From positions 110,535 through 174,534 of the forward strand of contig JANQGM010000006.1 in the NCBI GenBank assembly GCA_028277345.1: a stretch of DNA of 64,000 nucleotides, read 5' to 3'. The notes under the pieces were generated by a model. It saw only the letters and a list, made by a program, of their open reading frames with translations. It did not search any database and had not been told where the DNA came from. Shown piece by piece: positions 17,389-25,861 of this stretch. The position numbers and the translations under genes were made by a program. How positions within the stretch are numbered: position 1 is the stretch's first letter; each line of letters opens with the position of its first letter. Source of the stretch: Candidatus Bipolaricaulota bacterium (GTDB taxonomy: Bacteria; Bipolaricaulota; Bipolaricaulia; UBA7950; UBA9294).

Positions 17389-18585
17389 ATGCTGCCACGA
17401 ACACTTGAGTCTGTGATTCGTCAGGCGGCCCGACGCTATCCTGTGGTAACACTGACGGGGCCCCGACAATCGGGCAAGACCACGCTTGCCCAGATGGCAT
17501 TCCCTAACTACGCCTATGTCGGCTTGGAGGACCTAGATCAGCGGGAGTTCGCGACCTCCGATCCTCGAGGCTTCTTGTCGCAGTTCGACGGTCCTGTCAT
17601 CCTCGATGAAGCACAACGAACCCCCGAGTTATTCTCGTATATCCAGACACGGGCCGATGCGTCTGGCAAGAATGGCCAATTCGTGCTCACAGGCTCACAA
17701 AGCTTCCTGCTCATGAAATCCATCAGCCAATCCTTGGCGGGAAGAGCGGCCATCCATCATCTCTTGCCGTTCTCACAGGCTGAATTGCTGGGGCGCGAGA
17801 CGATCCCAAAGGGGCAGATTGGCACGTCCATTCCTCGTGCGCATCGGTCCGCGAAGAATTCATTGATGGAGACGCTGTTCACAGGCAGCTATCCAAGGAT
17901 TCACAACACGAAAGTTCCACCTCAGGACTGGCTGGCCAATTACTACCGCACCTACGTCGAGCGCGACGTACGCGAACTCCTGAATGTGGGGGACCTCGAA
18001 ACCTTCGGAAGGTTCATCGGCCTGTGCGCAGGCAGGACAGGGCAGCTCTTGAATCTATCTTCTTTATCGAACGATTGCGGGGTCTCTCAGCCAACTGCGC
18101 GACGTTGGATGTCCGTTCTGGAGGCAAGCTTCCTGGTTTTCCTCTTGCGCCCGCACCATCGCAATTTCAACAAGAGGCTCGTCAGGAGTCCGAAGCTATA
18201 CTTCATCGATTCCGGCCTACTCACCTATCTCCTGCGTATTCGATCGTCAGAGGAGCTGTACAACCACTCTGCACGCGGTGCAATCTTCGAGAGTTTCGTG
18301 ATATCCGAATTGCTCAAGAGGGCACTCCACCGCGGGCAGGAGCCAAATCTCTACTTCTGGAGGGATTCCACAGGACACGAGATTGACGTCCTGCTCGACC
18401 ACGGCAGCGCCCAGATCCCCATTGAGATCAAGTCCAGCGAAACACTCGCAAGCGATTTCTACAGAGGCTTGAGGTACTGGCTTGATCTTGCAGCATCCCC
18501 AGATGGCGCCGCCGCACTGATCTATGGCGGCGATCAATCCACGCTTCGAGAGGGCATCGCCACCTACTCGTGGAGGGAATTGTAG
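17389..18585 (+). CDS. AAA+ ATPase, DUF4143 / COG1373 family
   Basis: Walker A GPRQSGKTT, Walker B VILDEAQ, C-terminal GHEIDVLLD...IEIKSS. Start at ATG 17389 with CAAGGAGGAA upstream. Confidence 0.85.
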   Translation: MLPRTLESVIRQAARRYPVVTLTGPRQSGKTTLAQMAFPNYAYVGLEDLDQREFATSDPRGFLSQFDGPVILDEAQRTPELFSYIQTRADASGKNGQFVLTGSQSFLLMKSISQSLAGRAAIHHLLPFSQAELLGRETIPKGQIGTSIPRAHRSAKNSLMETLFTGSYPRIHNTKVPPQDWLANYYRTYVERDVRELLNVGDLETFGRFIGLCAGRTGQLLNLSSLSNDCGVSQPTARRWMSVLEASFLVFLLRPHHRNFNKRLVRSPKLYFIDSGLLTYLLRIRSSEELYNHSARGAIFESFVISELLKRALHRGQEPNLYFWRDSTGHEIDVLLDHGSAQIPIEIKSSETLASDFYRGLRYWLDLAASPDGAAALIYGGDQSTLREGIATYSWREL

Positions 18586-18630
18586 CGCCCTCCCTGACAC
18601 GGCGAAGTAAAGTCCAAATGGGATGTGGCT

Positions 18631-18659
18631 TTGGCTTTCGCGCGCCGCGTAGTTACAAT
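18631..18659 (+). promoter_or_regulatory. putative sigma70-type promoter of coaBC
   Basis: TTGGCT-17 nt-TACAAT, 29 nt upstream of ATG 18688. The same element is conserved in copies A and B. Confidence 0.45.
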
Positions 18660-18687
18660 CCGCCCGGATCGGAGCAGAAGGAGAGAC

Positions 18688-19884
18688 ATGCACGAACGAC
18701 ACGTAGTTCTGGGAGTGAGTGGGTCGATCGCCGCCTACAAGGCGGTGGATCTGGCCAGCAAGCTGACGCAGGCGGGAGTCGCCGTTCATGTCGTGATGAC
18801 CGAGGCGGCCACCAAGCTCGTCGGCGAAGCCTCGTTTCGCGCCATCACAGGCTATCCCGTGTCCACCAGCATGTTCGAGTTGACCAATCCTCACTCCATC
18901 GAACACATCTCCCTCTCCGAAATCGCTGACCTGTTCTTGATTGCACCGGCCACAGCCAATGTGATCGCCAAGGTCGCTGTCGGACTGGCCGATGACCTTC
19001 TCACGTGCACGGCACTGGCGACGCGTGCGCCCATCCTCATTGCGCCCGCCATGCACACGGCGATGTGGGAGAATGCGGCAACCCAAGCCAATGTGAAGAC
19101 GCTGCGAGAACGCGGTGTCGGGTTCGTGGGTCCTGACGAAGGGCGCCTCGCCTCGGGAGGTTACGGTGCCGGGCGGTTCGCGCCAGTTCCTGACATCCTC
19201 GGCGAGGCACACAAGCTCCTTGGAGCCAACGGGGATTTGGCGAGCAAGAAGCTCGTTATCACGGCAGGGGGCACGCGCGAAGCCATCGATCCCGTCCGCT
19301 TCCTCGGCAATCGCTCGACCGGCAAGATGGGAGTTGCCTTGGCCAAAGCAGCACGAGATCGGGGCGCGGATGTAACGCTGATTTCGGGACCGACAGATCG
19401 CTCAACGCCAACGGGAATGAATGTGATCCCCATTACATCCGCTGATGACATGTTGCGGGCCGTTCAAGACGCCTCGCCGGAGGCAGACGCCCTCATCATG
19501 GCGGCTGCGGTCGCAGACTATGCGCCAGCCAAACCGTCTCCTGAGAAGCTAAAGAAGGAAGATGGACCGCTCTCGATCGATCTGGAGCGAACGATCGACA
19601 TCCTCGATTCCGTTCGCAACGTTCCCGTACGGGTGGGGTTCGCGGCAGAATCGCAGGACCTGCTGGAGAACGCCGCACAAAAGCTGGACGCCAAGGGCCT
19701 CGATCTGATCGTCGCCAACGACATTTCGCGACCGGACATCGGATTCGCTTCGGACCACAACGCATGCACGTTGATTGATCGATCAGGCAGCATCGAAAAC
19801 ACCCCTATCCTCAGCAAGCGCGAGGTCGCGAATCACATCCTCGATCGCGTCGTCGGATTGCTGGATCGTGCAGCGGCAAAGTAG
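18688..19884 (+). CDS. coaBC: bifunctional phosphopantothenoylcysteine decarboxylase / phosphopantothenate-cysteine ligase
   Basis: VVLGVSGSIAAYKA flavoprotein N-terminus, PAMHTAMWEN, then ligase half ITAGGTREAIDPVRFLGNRSTGKMG...AAAVADY. Start at ATG 18688 with GAAGGAGAG upstream. Confidence 0.9.
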   Translation: MHERHVVLGVSGSIAAYKAVDLASKLTQAGVAVHVVMTEAATKLVGEASFRAITGYPVSTSMFELTNPHSIEHISLSEIADLFLIAPATANVIAKVAVGLADDLLTCTALATRAPILIAPAMHTAMWENAATQANVKTLRERGVGFVGPDEGRLASGGYGAGRFAPVPDILGEAHKLLGANGDLASKKLVITAGGTREAIDPVRFLGNRSTGKMGVALAKAARDRGADVTLISGPTDRSTPTGMNVIPITSADDMLRAVQDASPEADALIMAAAVADYAPAKPSPEKLKKEDGPLSIDLERTIDILDSVRNVPVRVGFAAESQDLLENAAQKLDAKGLDLIVANDISRPDIGFASDHNACTLIDRSGSIENTPILSKREVANHILDRVVGLLDRAAAK

Positions 19885-19890
19885 GCGGCC

Positions 19891-20778
19891 ATGACACAAC
19901 CCACTCTCGCCTTCATCGGAGCCGGAACTCTGGGCACGGCGCTCGCGTACGGCGCCACCGCTGCCGGATACACGGTTACAACGATCTTCAGCCGTGACTT
20001 CGAAGATGCCAAGCGATTGGCGGATCCCCTGCCCAAGGCCACGGCGGCATCGTCGATACATGAGGTCGTTTCGGCAGACCTCATCTTCCTCACCGTGCCC
20101 GACGATGAGATCATGGCGGCCTGCAAGAGCGTCCATTGGCGATCCGGATCCTACGTCGTGCATTGCAGCGGAGCCCTTTCGCTGGAGGCTCTGGAGTCCG
20201 CGGCGGCGCGTGGAGCCAAGACAGGAAGCCTACATCCTCTGCAAACGTTTGCTCGCGGGGAACAGCAAGTCGCCCGCTTGGCTGACATTGCCTACGCCAT
20301 CGAAGCCTCCGACGGCTCCATCCGCAGGATCATGGAGGAGTTCGTTCGCGACCTCGGTGGACGATCTCAGTGGATTCGTGGAGCAGACAAGCCGCTTTAC
20401 CACGCCAGCGCAGCGATGGCGTCCAACTACTTAGTCGCTCTGCTTGGGGATGCTTCGAAGCTGTGGGAGACCTTTGGCTTGACCCGAGAGCAAGGCATGC
20501 ACTCGTTGCTGCCGCTGGTAAAGGGAACGCTGGACAACCTTCAGGGCATCGGGTTCCCGGACGCGCTCACCGGCCCCATTGCCCGAGGCGATGTCGAGAC
20601 CGTGGAGATCCATTTGCGAGCCCTAAAGGACTCGCAGCCGGACATCATCCCCTCCTATGTCGCCATGGGCAAACGCACGATCGCGATGGCACTGGAGAAG
20701 GGAACGTTGGCCGTGGAATCCGCCGAAGCCATCGTGCAACTCCTGGATGCAGCCGAAGGAAGGGAGACGGCATCATGA
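19891..20778 (+). CDS. Rossmann-like plus DUF2520 domain protein (candidate ketopantoate reductase)
   Basis: N-terminal LAFIGAGTLGTALA dinucleotide fold. C-terminal LTGPIARGDVETVEIHLRAL typical of DUF2520. Sits between coaBC and panB with an ATGA stop/start overlap to panB. Confidence 0.75.
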   Translation: MTQPTLAFIGAGTLGTALAYGATAAGYTVTTIFSRDFEDAKRLADPLPKATAASSIHEVVSADLIFLTVPDDEIMAACKSVHWRSGSYVVHCSGALSLEALESAAARGAKTGSLHPLQTFARGEQQVARLADIAYAIEASDGSIRRIMEEFVRDLGGRSQWIRGADKPLYHASAAMASNYLVALLGDASKLWETFGLTREQGMHSLLPLVKGTLDNLQGIGFPDALTGPIARGDVETVEIHLRALKDSQPDIIPSYVAMGKRTIAMALEKGTLAVESAEAIVQLLDAAEGRETAS

Positions 20779-21623
20779 GAGTGACCACCTCGCAAATCCA
20801 CGCGATGAAGCGCGAAGGTAAACGCTTTGCCGCCCTGACGGCCTATGACGTTGTGACGGCCAAGTTGGTCGACGAAGCGGGAATTCCCATCATCCTCGTC
20901 GGAGACAGCCTGGGCATGGTCGTCCTCGGATACGACAATACCATTCCAGTCACGCTGGATGACATCATCCATCACACCCGGGCCGTCACCCGAGGAAGCC
21001 AACAGGCGATGATCGTCGCCGACCTGCCGTTCATGACCTATCACCAATCGCCGGAACAAGCGCTTGAGAGCGCGGCGCGATGCATGCGTGAAGGTGGCGC
21101 GCAAGCCGTGAAGCTGGAAGGCGGCCGGGTGATGGCGCCGACGATTCAGCGATTGACCGAATCCGGAATTGCCGTGATGGCACACATCGGGCTGACGCCG
21201 CAATCCGTCAATCAACTCGGCGGGTTCAAGGCTCAGGGGAAGACGAGCGAGCAGGCCACACGGGTGATGGAAGATGCCCTCGCCGTGCAGGCGGCAGGTG
21301 CCTTTTCGGTCGTTCTGGAATGCGTGCCTGCGGCCCTGGCAAGCTTGATCACCGATCGATTGAGGATTCCCACGATCGGAATCGGATCCGGGCCCGGGTG
21401 TGATGCCGAAATCCAGGTGATCAGCGACATCCTGGGCTGGTTCACCGACTTCAAGCCAAAGCATACCAAGCGCTTCGCGCAGCTGGCCGATGACGCGAAA
21501 CGCGCCATCGAGCAATACAACGCTGACGTCAGTGAAGGCGCCTTTCCGACGCTGGACCATGGCTTCACCATCGATGAGGAGGTCGTGCGGGACGTCGAGA
21601 CGGCGTTCCCCCAAGAACGATGA
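20775..21623 (+). CDS. panB: 3-methyl-2-oxobutanoate hydroxymethyltransferase
   Basis: LTAYD, ILVGDSLGMVVLGYD, VKLEGG, AHIGLTPQS motifs. True start ATG 20775 inside the longer track ORF. Confidence 0.9.
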   Translation: MRVTTSQIHAMKREGKRFAALTAYDVVTAKLVDEAGIPIILVGDSLGMVVLGYDNTIPVTLDDIIHHTRAVTRGSQQAMIVADLPFMTYHQSPEQALESAARCMREGGAQAVKLEGGRVMAPTIQRLTESGIAVMAHIGLTPQSVNQLGGFKAQGKTSEQATRVMEDALAVQAAGAFSVVLECVPAALASLITDRLRIPTIGIGSGPGCDAEIQVISDILGWFTDFKPKHTKRFAQLADDAKRAIEQYNADVSEGAFPTLDHGFTIDEEVVRDVETAFPQER

Positions 21624-22474
21624 ACATCGCCAAGACCTTGCGCGAATTCCGGAGCCTCCGAGAACAATTGCCATCGCCCGTCGGGTTCGTACCGACGATG
21701 GGCTATTTACACGACGGTCACCTATCGCTTGCCCGAATGGCGAGGGAGGATGGTGCCTCCGTCGTTGCCAGCATCTTCGTCAACCCAACGCAGTTCGCGC
21801 CCACCGAGGATCTCGACGCGTATCCGCGCGATCTGAAGCGAGATCTGGAATTGCTCGAAGCGGAAGGCACGGACCTCGTGCTCACGCCGGAAACCAATGA
21901 CGAATTCTATCCTGCCGGATACGATACCTGGGTTGATGTGGCCGGAATTACGCGCGTGCTTGAGGGCGCCTCTCGGCCCACGCATTTTCGCGGCGTCGCC
22001 ACCGTGGTCGCTAAGCTGTTCAACGTCGTGCAGCCGGATCGCGCCTACTTCGGCCAAAAGGACGCGCAACAAGCCCTCGTCATTCGTCAGCTCATCCGCG
22101 ACCTCAATTTCCCTATCGAACTCGTCCTCGGCCCCACCATCCGCGAAGACGATGGCTTAGCGATGAGCAGCCGAAACGCGTATCTGTCAGCCGAACAACG
22201 CACCGCCGCTCCTGTGCTGCGGCGCAGCCTCGACCGCGTGGAAGCCCTGTACGAGGGCGGAGAACGCCGTGGAAATGTGCTGCGCGACGCGATGCAGGAG
22301 CTGATCGATACGGAGCCACTGGCCACCATCGATTACGTCAGCGTGGCGAATCTGGAAACGCTGGAGGAAGCCGATGTGTTGGAAGGGAAAGCCTTGGTCA
22401 GCCTCGCCGTCCGCTTCGGAAAGACCAGGCTCATCGACAATACGATTCTTCCCCGAGGGGCTTCGCTTATCTAG
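21620..22474 (+). CDS. panC: pantoate-beta-alanine ligase
   Basis: VPTMGYLHDGHLSL, IFVNPTQF, FGQKDAQQ motifs. ATGA overlap with panB. Confidence 0.9.
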   Translation: MNIAKTLREFRSLREQLPSPVGFVPTMGYLHDGHLSLARMAREDGASVVASIFVNPTQFAPTEDLDAYPRDLKRDLELLEAEGTDLVLTPETNDEFYPAGYDTWVDVAGITRVLEGASRPTHFRGVATVVAKLFNVVQPDRAYFGQKDAQQALVIRQLIRDLNFPIELVLGPTIREDDGLAMSSRNAYLSAEQRTAAPVLRRSLDRVEALYEGGERRGNVLRDAMQELIDTEPLATIDYVSVANLETLEEADVLEGKALVSLAVRFGKTRLIDNTILPRGASLI

Positions 22475-22704
22475 AGGACGAAAGCTATCTGAGGAGCGCT
22501 CGTGCTCGAAGAGCACGCATCGACAATACACTTTTGCCCCCCGGAACCTCTCTCGTGTGAAACTCGTTCAATTCGACGAAGCTGCTCACGTACTCAAAGA
22601 GTACGCCACGCCATTCCTTCATCGAACGTCCATCCCCGCCCCATCCGATCGTGCTAGTCTGGGATGATGGATGCCTCTTCGGCTTCCATTGGAAAGGAGA
22701 GATC

Positions 22705-23076
22705 ATGGAACTTGGAGCATTCTCGATCAGTCTTGCGGTTAAGGACCTTCAGGCCTCCAAGGCCTTTTATGAGAAATTCGGTTTCACGGTTTTCGGAGGT
22801 GATGCGTCGCAAAACTGGCTCATCCTAAAGAACGGCGAGCACGTCATCGGACTCTTCCAGGGCATGTTCGAGAAGAACACGCTGACGTTTAACCCGGGCT
22901 GGGACCAGGATGCCAAGGAGCTTGACGAGTTCACCGACATTCGCGACCTTCAGCGCAAGCTCAAGGCAGAGGGCGTGGAGTTCATCACGGAAGCCGATGA
23001 ATCAACATCCGGTCCAGCCAGCTTTACACTTCTCGATCCCGACGACAACCCCATCTTGGTTGACCAACACCGCTGA
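22705..23076 (+). CDS. VOC / glyoxalase family protein
   Basis: [27 protein letters not shown]...[13 protein letters not shown]. Start at ATG 22705 with GGAAAGGAGAG upstream. Confidence 0.75.
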   Translation: MELGAFSISLAVKDLQASKAFYEKFGFTVFGGDASQNWLILKNGEHVIGLFQGMFEKNTLTFNPGWDQDAKELDEFTDIRDLQRKLKAEGVEFITEADESTSGPASFTLLDPDDNPILVDQHR

Positions 23077-23141
23077 GACTGGGTACAGTGCCCGCGGATG
23101 AAGAGAACGTCAATCCGTACGCATAGGGATCAGGGGGGCAA

Positions 23142-23918
23142 ATGCTGCTCGTTATTGATGTGGGAAACACCAACATCGTTCTGGGCGTGTTTCGAGGCGG
23201 CGAACTCGCCTATCAATGGCGTCTGTCATCAGAACGCACGCAAACGGCGGACGAGCTTCGCATGGCCGTTCGCAGCTTGCTTGACGAAGCCGAGCTGGAT
23301 GTTTCGGATATCGATGGCGTTGCCATCGCATCGGTCGTGCCCTCGCTGAATCGGACCTTGGCTAAGTCGTTCGAATCGCTCTTGCCTTCCGCCAAGATCG
23401 GATTCCTTAATTCGGAAACGTCACCGATCGCGCTCGCCGTCGAGGCGCCCAGCCGCGTCGGCGCCGACCGTATCGCCAATTGCATCGGCGCCTATGCCTT
23501 GCACGGCGGACCGATTCTCGTCCTCGATTTCGGCACGGCGACCACCTTCGACCTCGTCTCCGAAGAGGGAAGCTTTCTCGGTGGAGCGATCGCTCCCGAA
23601 ATGCGGTTGGCGGCCCGTGCCTTGACGGAACGCGCGGCACAGCTTCACGCCGTTGAGCTGAAGATTCCCGAATCCGTGATCGGAAAGAACACGGAAACCA
23701 ACATCCAAGCCGGCGTCGTCCTCGGCTACTTCTCACTCGTTGACGGACTCATCGCACGCTTCCGCTCCGAAGTCTCCGCCGATTTAAAGGTGATGGCGAC
23801 CGGCGGCAAGGGCCAACTCTTTTACGAGAACCTCGATTCGATTCAGCTTTACGATGACGTTCTGACACTCAAGGGGCTCAAACGCTGGTGGGGGCAATAC
23901 GCGTCGCAACTCAGTTGA
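23142..23918 (+). CDS. coaX: type III pantothenate kinase
   Basis: MLLVIDVGNTNIVLGVF, VGADRIAN, LVLDFGTATTFD, ATGG motifs. Confidence 0.9.
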   Translation: MLLVIDVGNTNIVLGVFRGGELAYQWRLSSERTQTADELRMAVRSLLDEAELDVSDIDGVAIASVVPSLNRTLAKSFESLLPSAKIGFLNSETSPIALAVEAPSRVGADRIANCIGAYALHGGPILVLDFGTATTFDLVSEEGSFLGGAIAPEMRLAARALTERAAQLHAVELKIPESVIGKNTETNIQAGVVLGYFSLVDGLIARFRSEVSADLKVMATGGKGQLFYENLDSIQLYDDVLTLKGLKRWWGQYASQLS

Positions 23919-23971
23919 TCGCATTCGGCCTCACGGATATGCTGTGAAGACCATCGAAAGGCGGCGATCAC

Positions 23972-24613
23972 ATGCTCTGGAAGAAGCAACGCGAGATTGA
24001 GGAATTGGTTTTCGAACATCTCAATCGAGTCGATGAATCGCTGAGGTTCTTCCTCTGTTCCCTGAACAGCTACGTCCAAGAGGGCGATGTGGACAAAGCC
24101 GAAGAGTACGCTCTAGAGACACACAAGACCGAGGGGCAAGCCGACGATGTTCGCCGCCGTGTCGAGACCCAGCTCCTAACAGGTGCGCTGATGCCGGCGT
24201 CTCGCCGCGACATCCTGCAGCTCGTCGAGCAGGTCGATCGATTGGCCAATGCCGCGGAAAACGCGCTCGATCACTTGCTGTTGCAACGCATTCAGATTCC
24301 CGAGGACTTGCGCCCCGCTATTCTGGAGATCACGAACAAGACCGAAATCATCTTCGCACACGTGAAAGACGCCATCAGCGTCCTGTTCAAGAACATGGAA
24401 GCCGCTCTTGAGCACACCCAGCAGATCGAGCAAATCGAAGGGCAGATTGACCATATTGAGCGCAAGACGATCAAGCACATCTTCGAGCTTGATCTCGAAC
24501 TCGCCCACAAGCTACAGGTCAACAACTTCGTGCGTTCCGTCGTCGAACTCTCGGATCGTGCCGAAGACCTGTCCGATCACATCGAGCTGATGGTGGCGCA
24601 GAAGCACCTTTAG
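23972..24613 (+). CDS. DUF47 / TIGR00153 (PhoU-like) protein
   Basis: All-helical 213 aa with the usual layout (ADDVRRRV...RRDILQLVEQVDRLANAAE...DRAEDLSDHIELM). Adjacent to a PiT transporter. Confidence 0.75.
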   Translation: MLWKKQREIEELVFEHLNRVDESLRFFLCSLNSYVQEGDVDKAEEYALETHKTEGQADDVRRRVETQLLTGALMPASRRDILQLVEQVDRLANAAENALDHLLLQRIQIPEDLRPAILEITNKTEIIFAHVKDAISVLFKNMEAALEHTQQIEQIEGQIDHIERKTIKHIFELDLELAHKLQVNNFVRSVVELSDRAEDLSDHIELMVAQKHL

Positions 24614-24625
24614 CCGGTCTGCCGC

Positions 24626-25582
24626 CTATCCTTGAATCAGCAACACAACCTTGTAGAGCACGTAGGCGAATACCCCAGCGATCGTCGGCGTGGCCACCCA
24701 TCCCACAGCAATGCCTGCGATTTTCCCGCGCTTGACCGTCCTCAGGCCATGCACCAGCCCCACGCCGATCACGGCGCCAACGACGGCTTGCGAGGTTGAG
24801 ATCGGTATGCCCAACAGTGAGAAGTAATGAATGGCGAGGGCGGCCGACAACTGGGCAGAGAAGGCGCTGACCGGATCGAGCATGGTGATCCCTCCGCCGA
24901 CGGTTTCTGTGACGCGGCGGCCGAATGTCAGCGTCCCCAGCGCCAGCGCAACCCCTCCCACAGCCCCCAACCACGAGGGCTGAATCCCGAGATTCGCGAT
25001 CGGCCCCATCGCATTTCCAACGTTGTTCGCGCCCATCGAGAAGGCCACGTAGCACGCGCTGATCACCAACAGCGCATTCGGCGCGCGCTGCCAAATCGAG
25101 TTGGCGCCCACCCGTCGCAACAGCCACGAAGAGAACCCGTAAATCAGGAAGGCGAGGATGCCTGTCAGGAAGGGGCAGATGATCCATACTTGAGCGATAT
25201 CGGCCAACGTCATCAGATTGACGTCGGCTCCTGCCGCCAATCCGACACCGGCAACACCGCCGACGATCGATTGAGACGTCGACACCGGCAACCGAAACAG
25301 CGTCGCCAAGGTGACAAACAGTCCCGAGCAGATGAGCGCGGTGATGATGGCGACCACCGAGATCTCGCTGGTGACGATGCCCTTGCCGATCGTCTTCATC
25401 ACGTTTCCGCCCTGAAGAACCGCGCCGAGAATGGCGAAGGCGCTGACCAGCAGCGCCGCACGTCGAAAGGAAAGCAAGCCGGAGCCCACCGTCGTGCCGA
25501 TGCAATTGCCCGCATCGTTCGCGCCGATGTTCCAACCGACGTACATCCCAGCTAATAAGAGCGGTATCAGACCCGCAGACAT
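24626..25582 (-). CDS. inorganic phosphate transporter, PiT family
   Basis: Duplicated signature GANDAGNCIGT and GANNVGNAMGP. Polytopic membrane protein. Confidence 0.9.
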   Translation of the reverse strand: MSAGLIPLLLAGMYVGWNIGANDAGNCIGTTVGSGLLSFRRAALLVSAFAILGAVLQGGNVMKTIGKGIVTSEISVVAIITALICSGLFVTLATLFRLPVSTSQSIVGGVAGVGLAAGADVNLMTLADIAQVWIICPFLTGILAFLIYGFSSWLLRRVGANSIWQRAPNALLVISACYVAFSMGANNVGNAMGPIANLGIQPSWLGAVGGVALALGTLTFGRRVTETVGGGITMLDPVSAFSAQLSAALAIHYFSLLGIPISTSQAVVGAVIGVGLVHGLRTVKRGKIAGIAVGWVATPTIAGVFAYVLYKVVLLIQG

Positions 25583-25861
25583 AGGTGGACTTTATAGACT
25601 TTGTAGGCCTAAGGGTCAAGTTGGCTCTTGACCGCATAGAGGACCGCGATTTATCACAGGAAGCCAACAATGTGAGCCATGAGCATCTGTCGCGGCGCCA
25701 CTCCGTACGAGCATTTCACGTGTCCCACACGTGTGAGATTAGGCCAATTGATGGTGTCACAACGCCAATGAACACCGCCTCTACACCCCTAATTGATCGA
25801 ATTTGCATAGCGGTGCAGGCATAGATACTCTCACGGCATCTGAGCAAGAGTGGAGGGTTTA

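Noticed and set aside
18247-19212. Long antisense or off-frame ORFs overlapping well-supported genes. Examples: 18247..19212(-), 20655..21674(-), 24519..25670(-), 24827..25555(+), 27467..28423(-), 30422..31630(-), 31282..32388(+), 36732..37610(+), 55096..55791(-), 56114..56932(+), 57918..58655(-), 62608..63279(+).
   Set aside because: They lie opposite or out of frame to genes with unambiguous motifs (coaBC, panB, PiT, PrpD, yebC, recA, prfA and others). Their translations are Arg/Gly/Pro/Ser-rich low-complexity strings, typical of shadow ORFs in GC-rich DNA.
20370-20774. Long N-terminal extensions in the ORF track for panB (20370), tilS (32863), recX (36898), prfA (57478), the metallophosphoesterase (32625), the amidase (63432) and the membrane protein (61454).
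   Set aside because: The extensions overlap upstream genes or promoter DNA, and their translations are junk-like. Internal ATGs coincide with the canonical family N-termini, RBS-like sequences or ATGA stop/start coupling.
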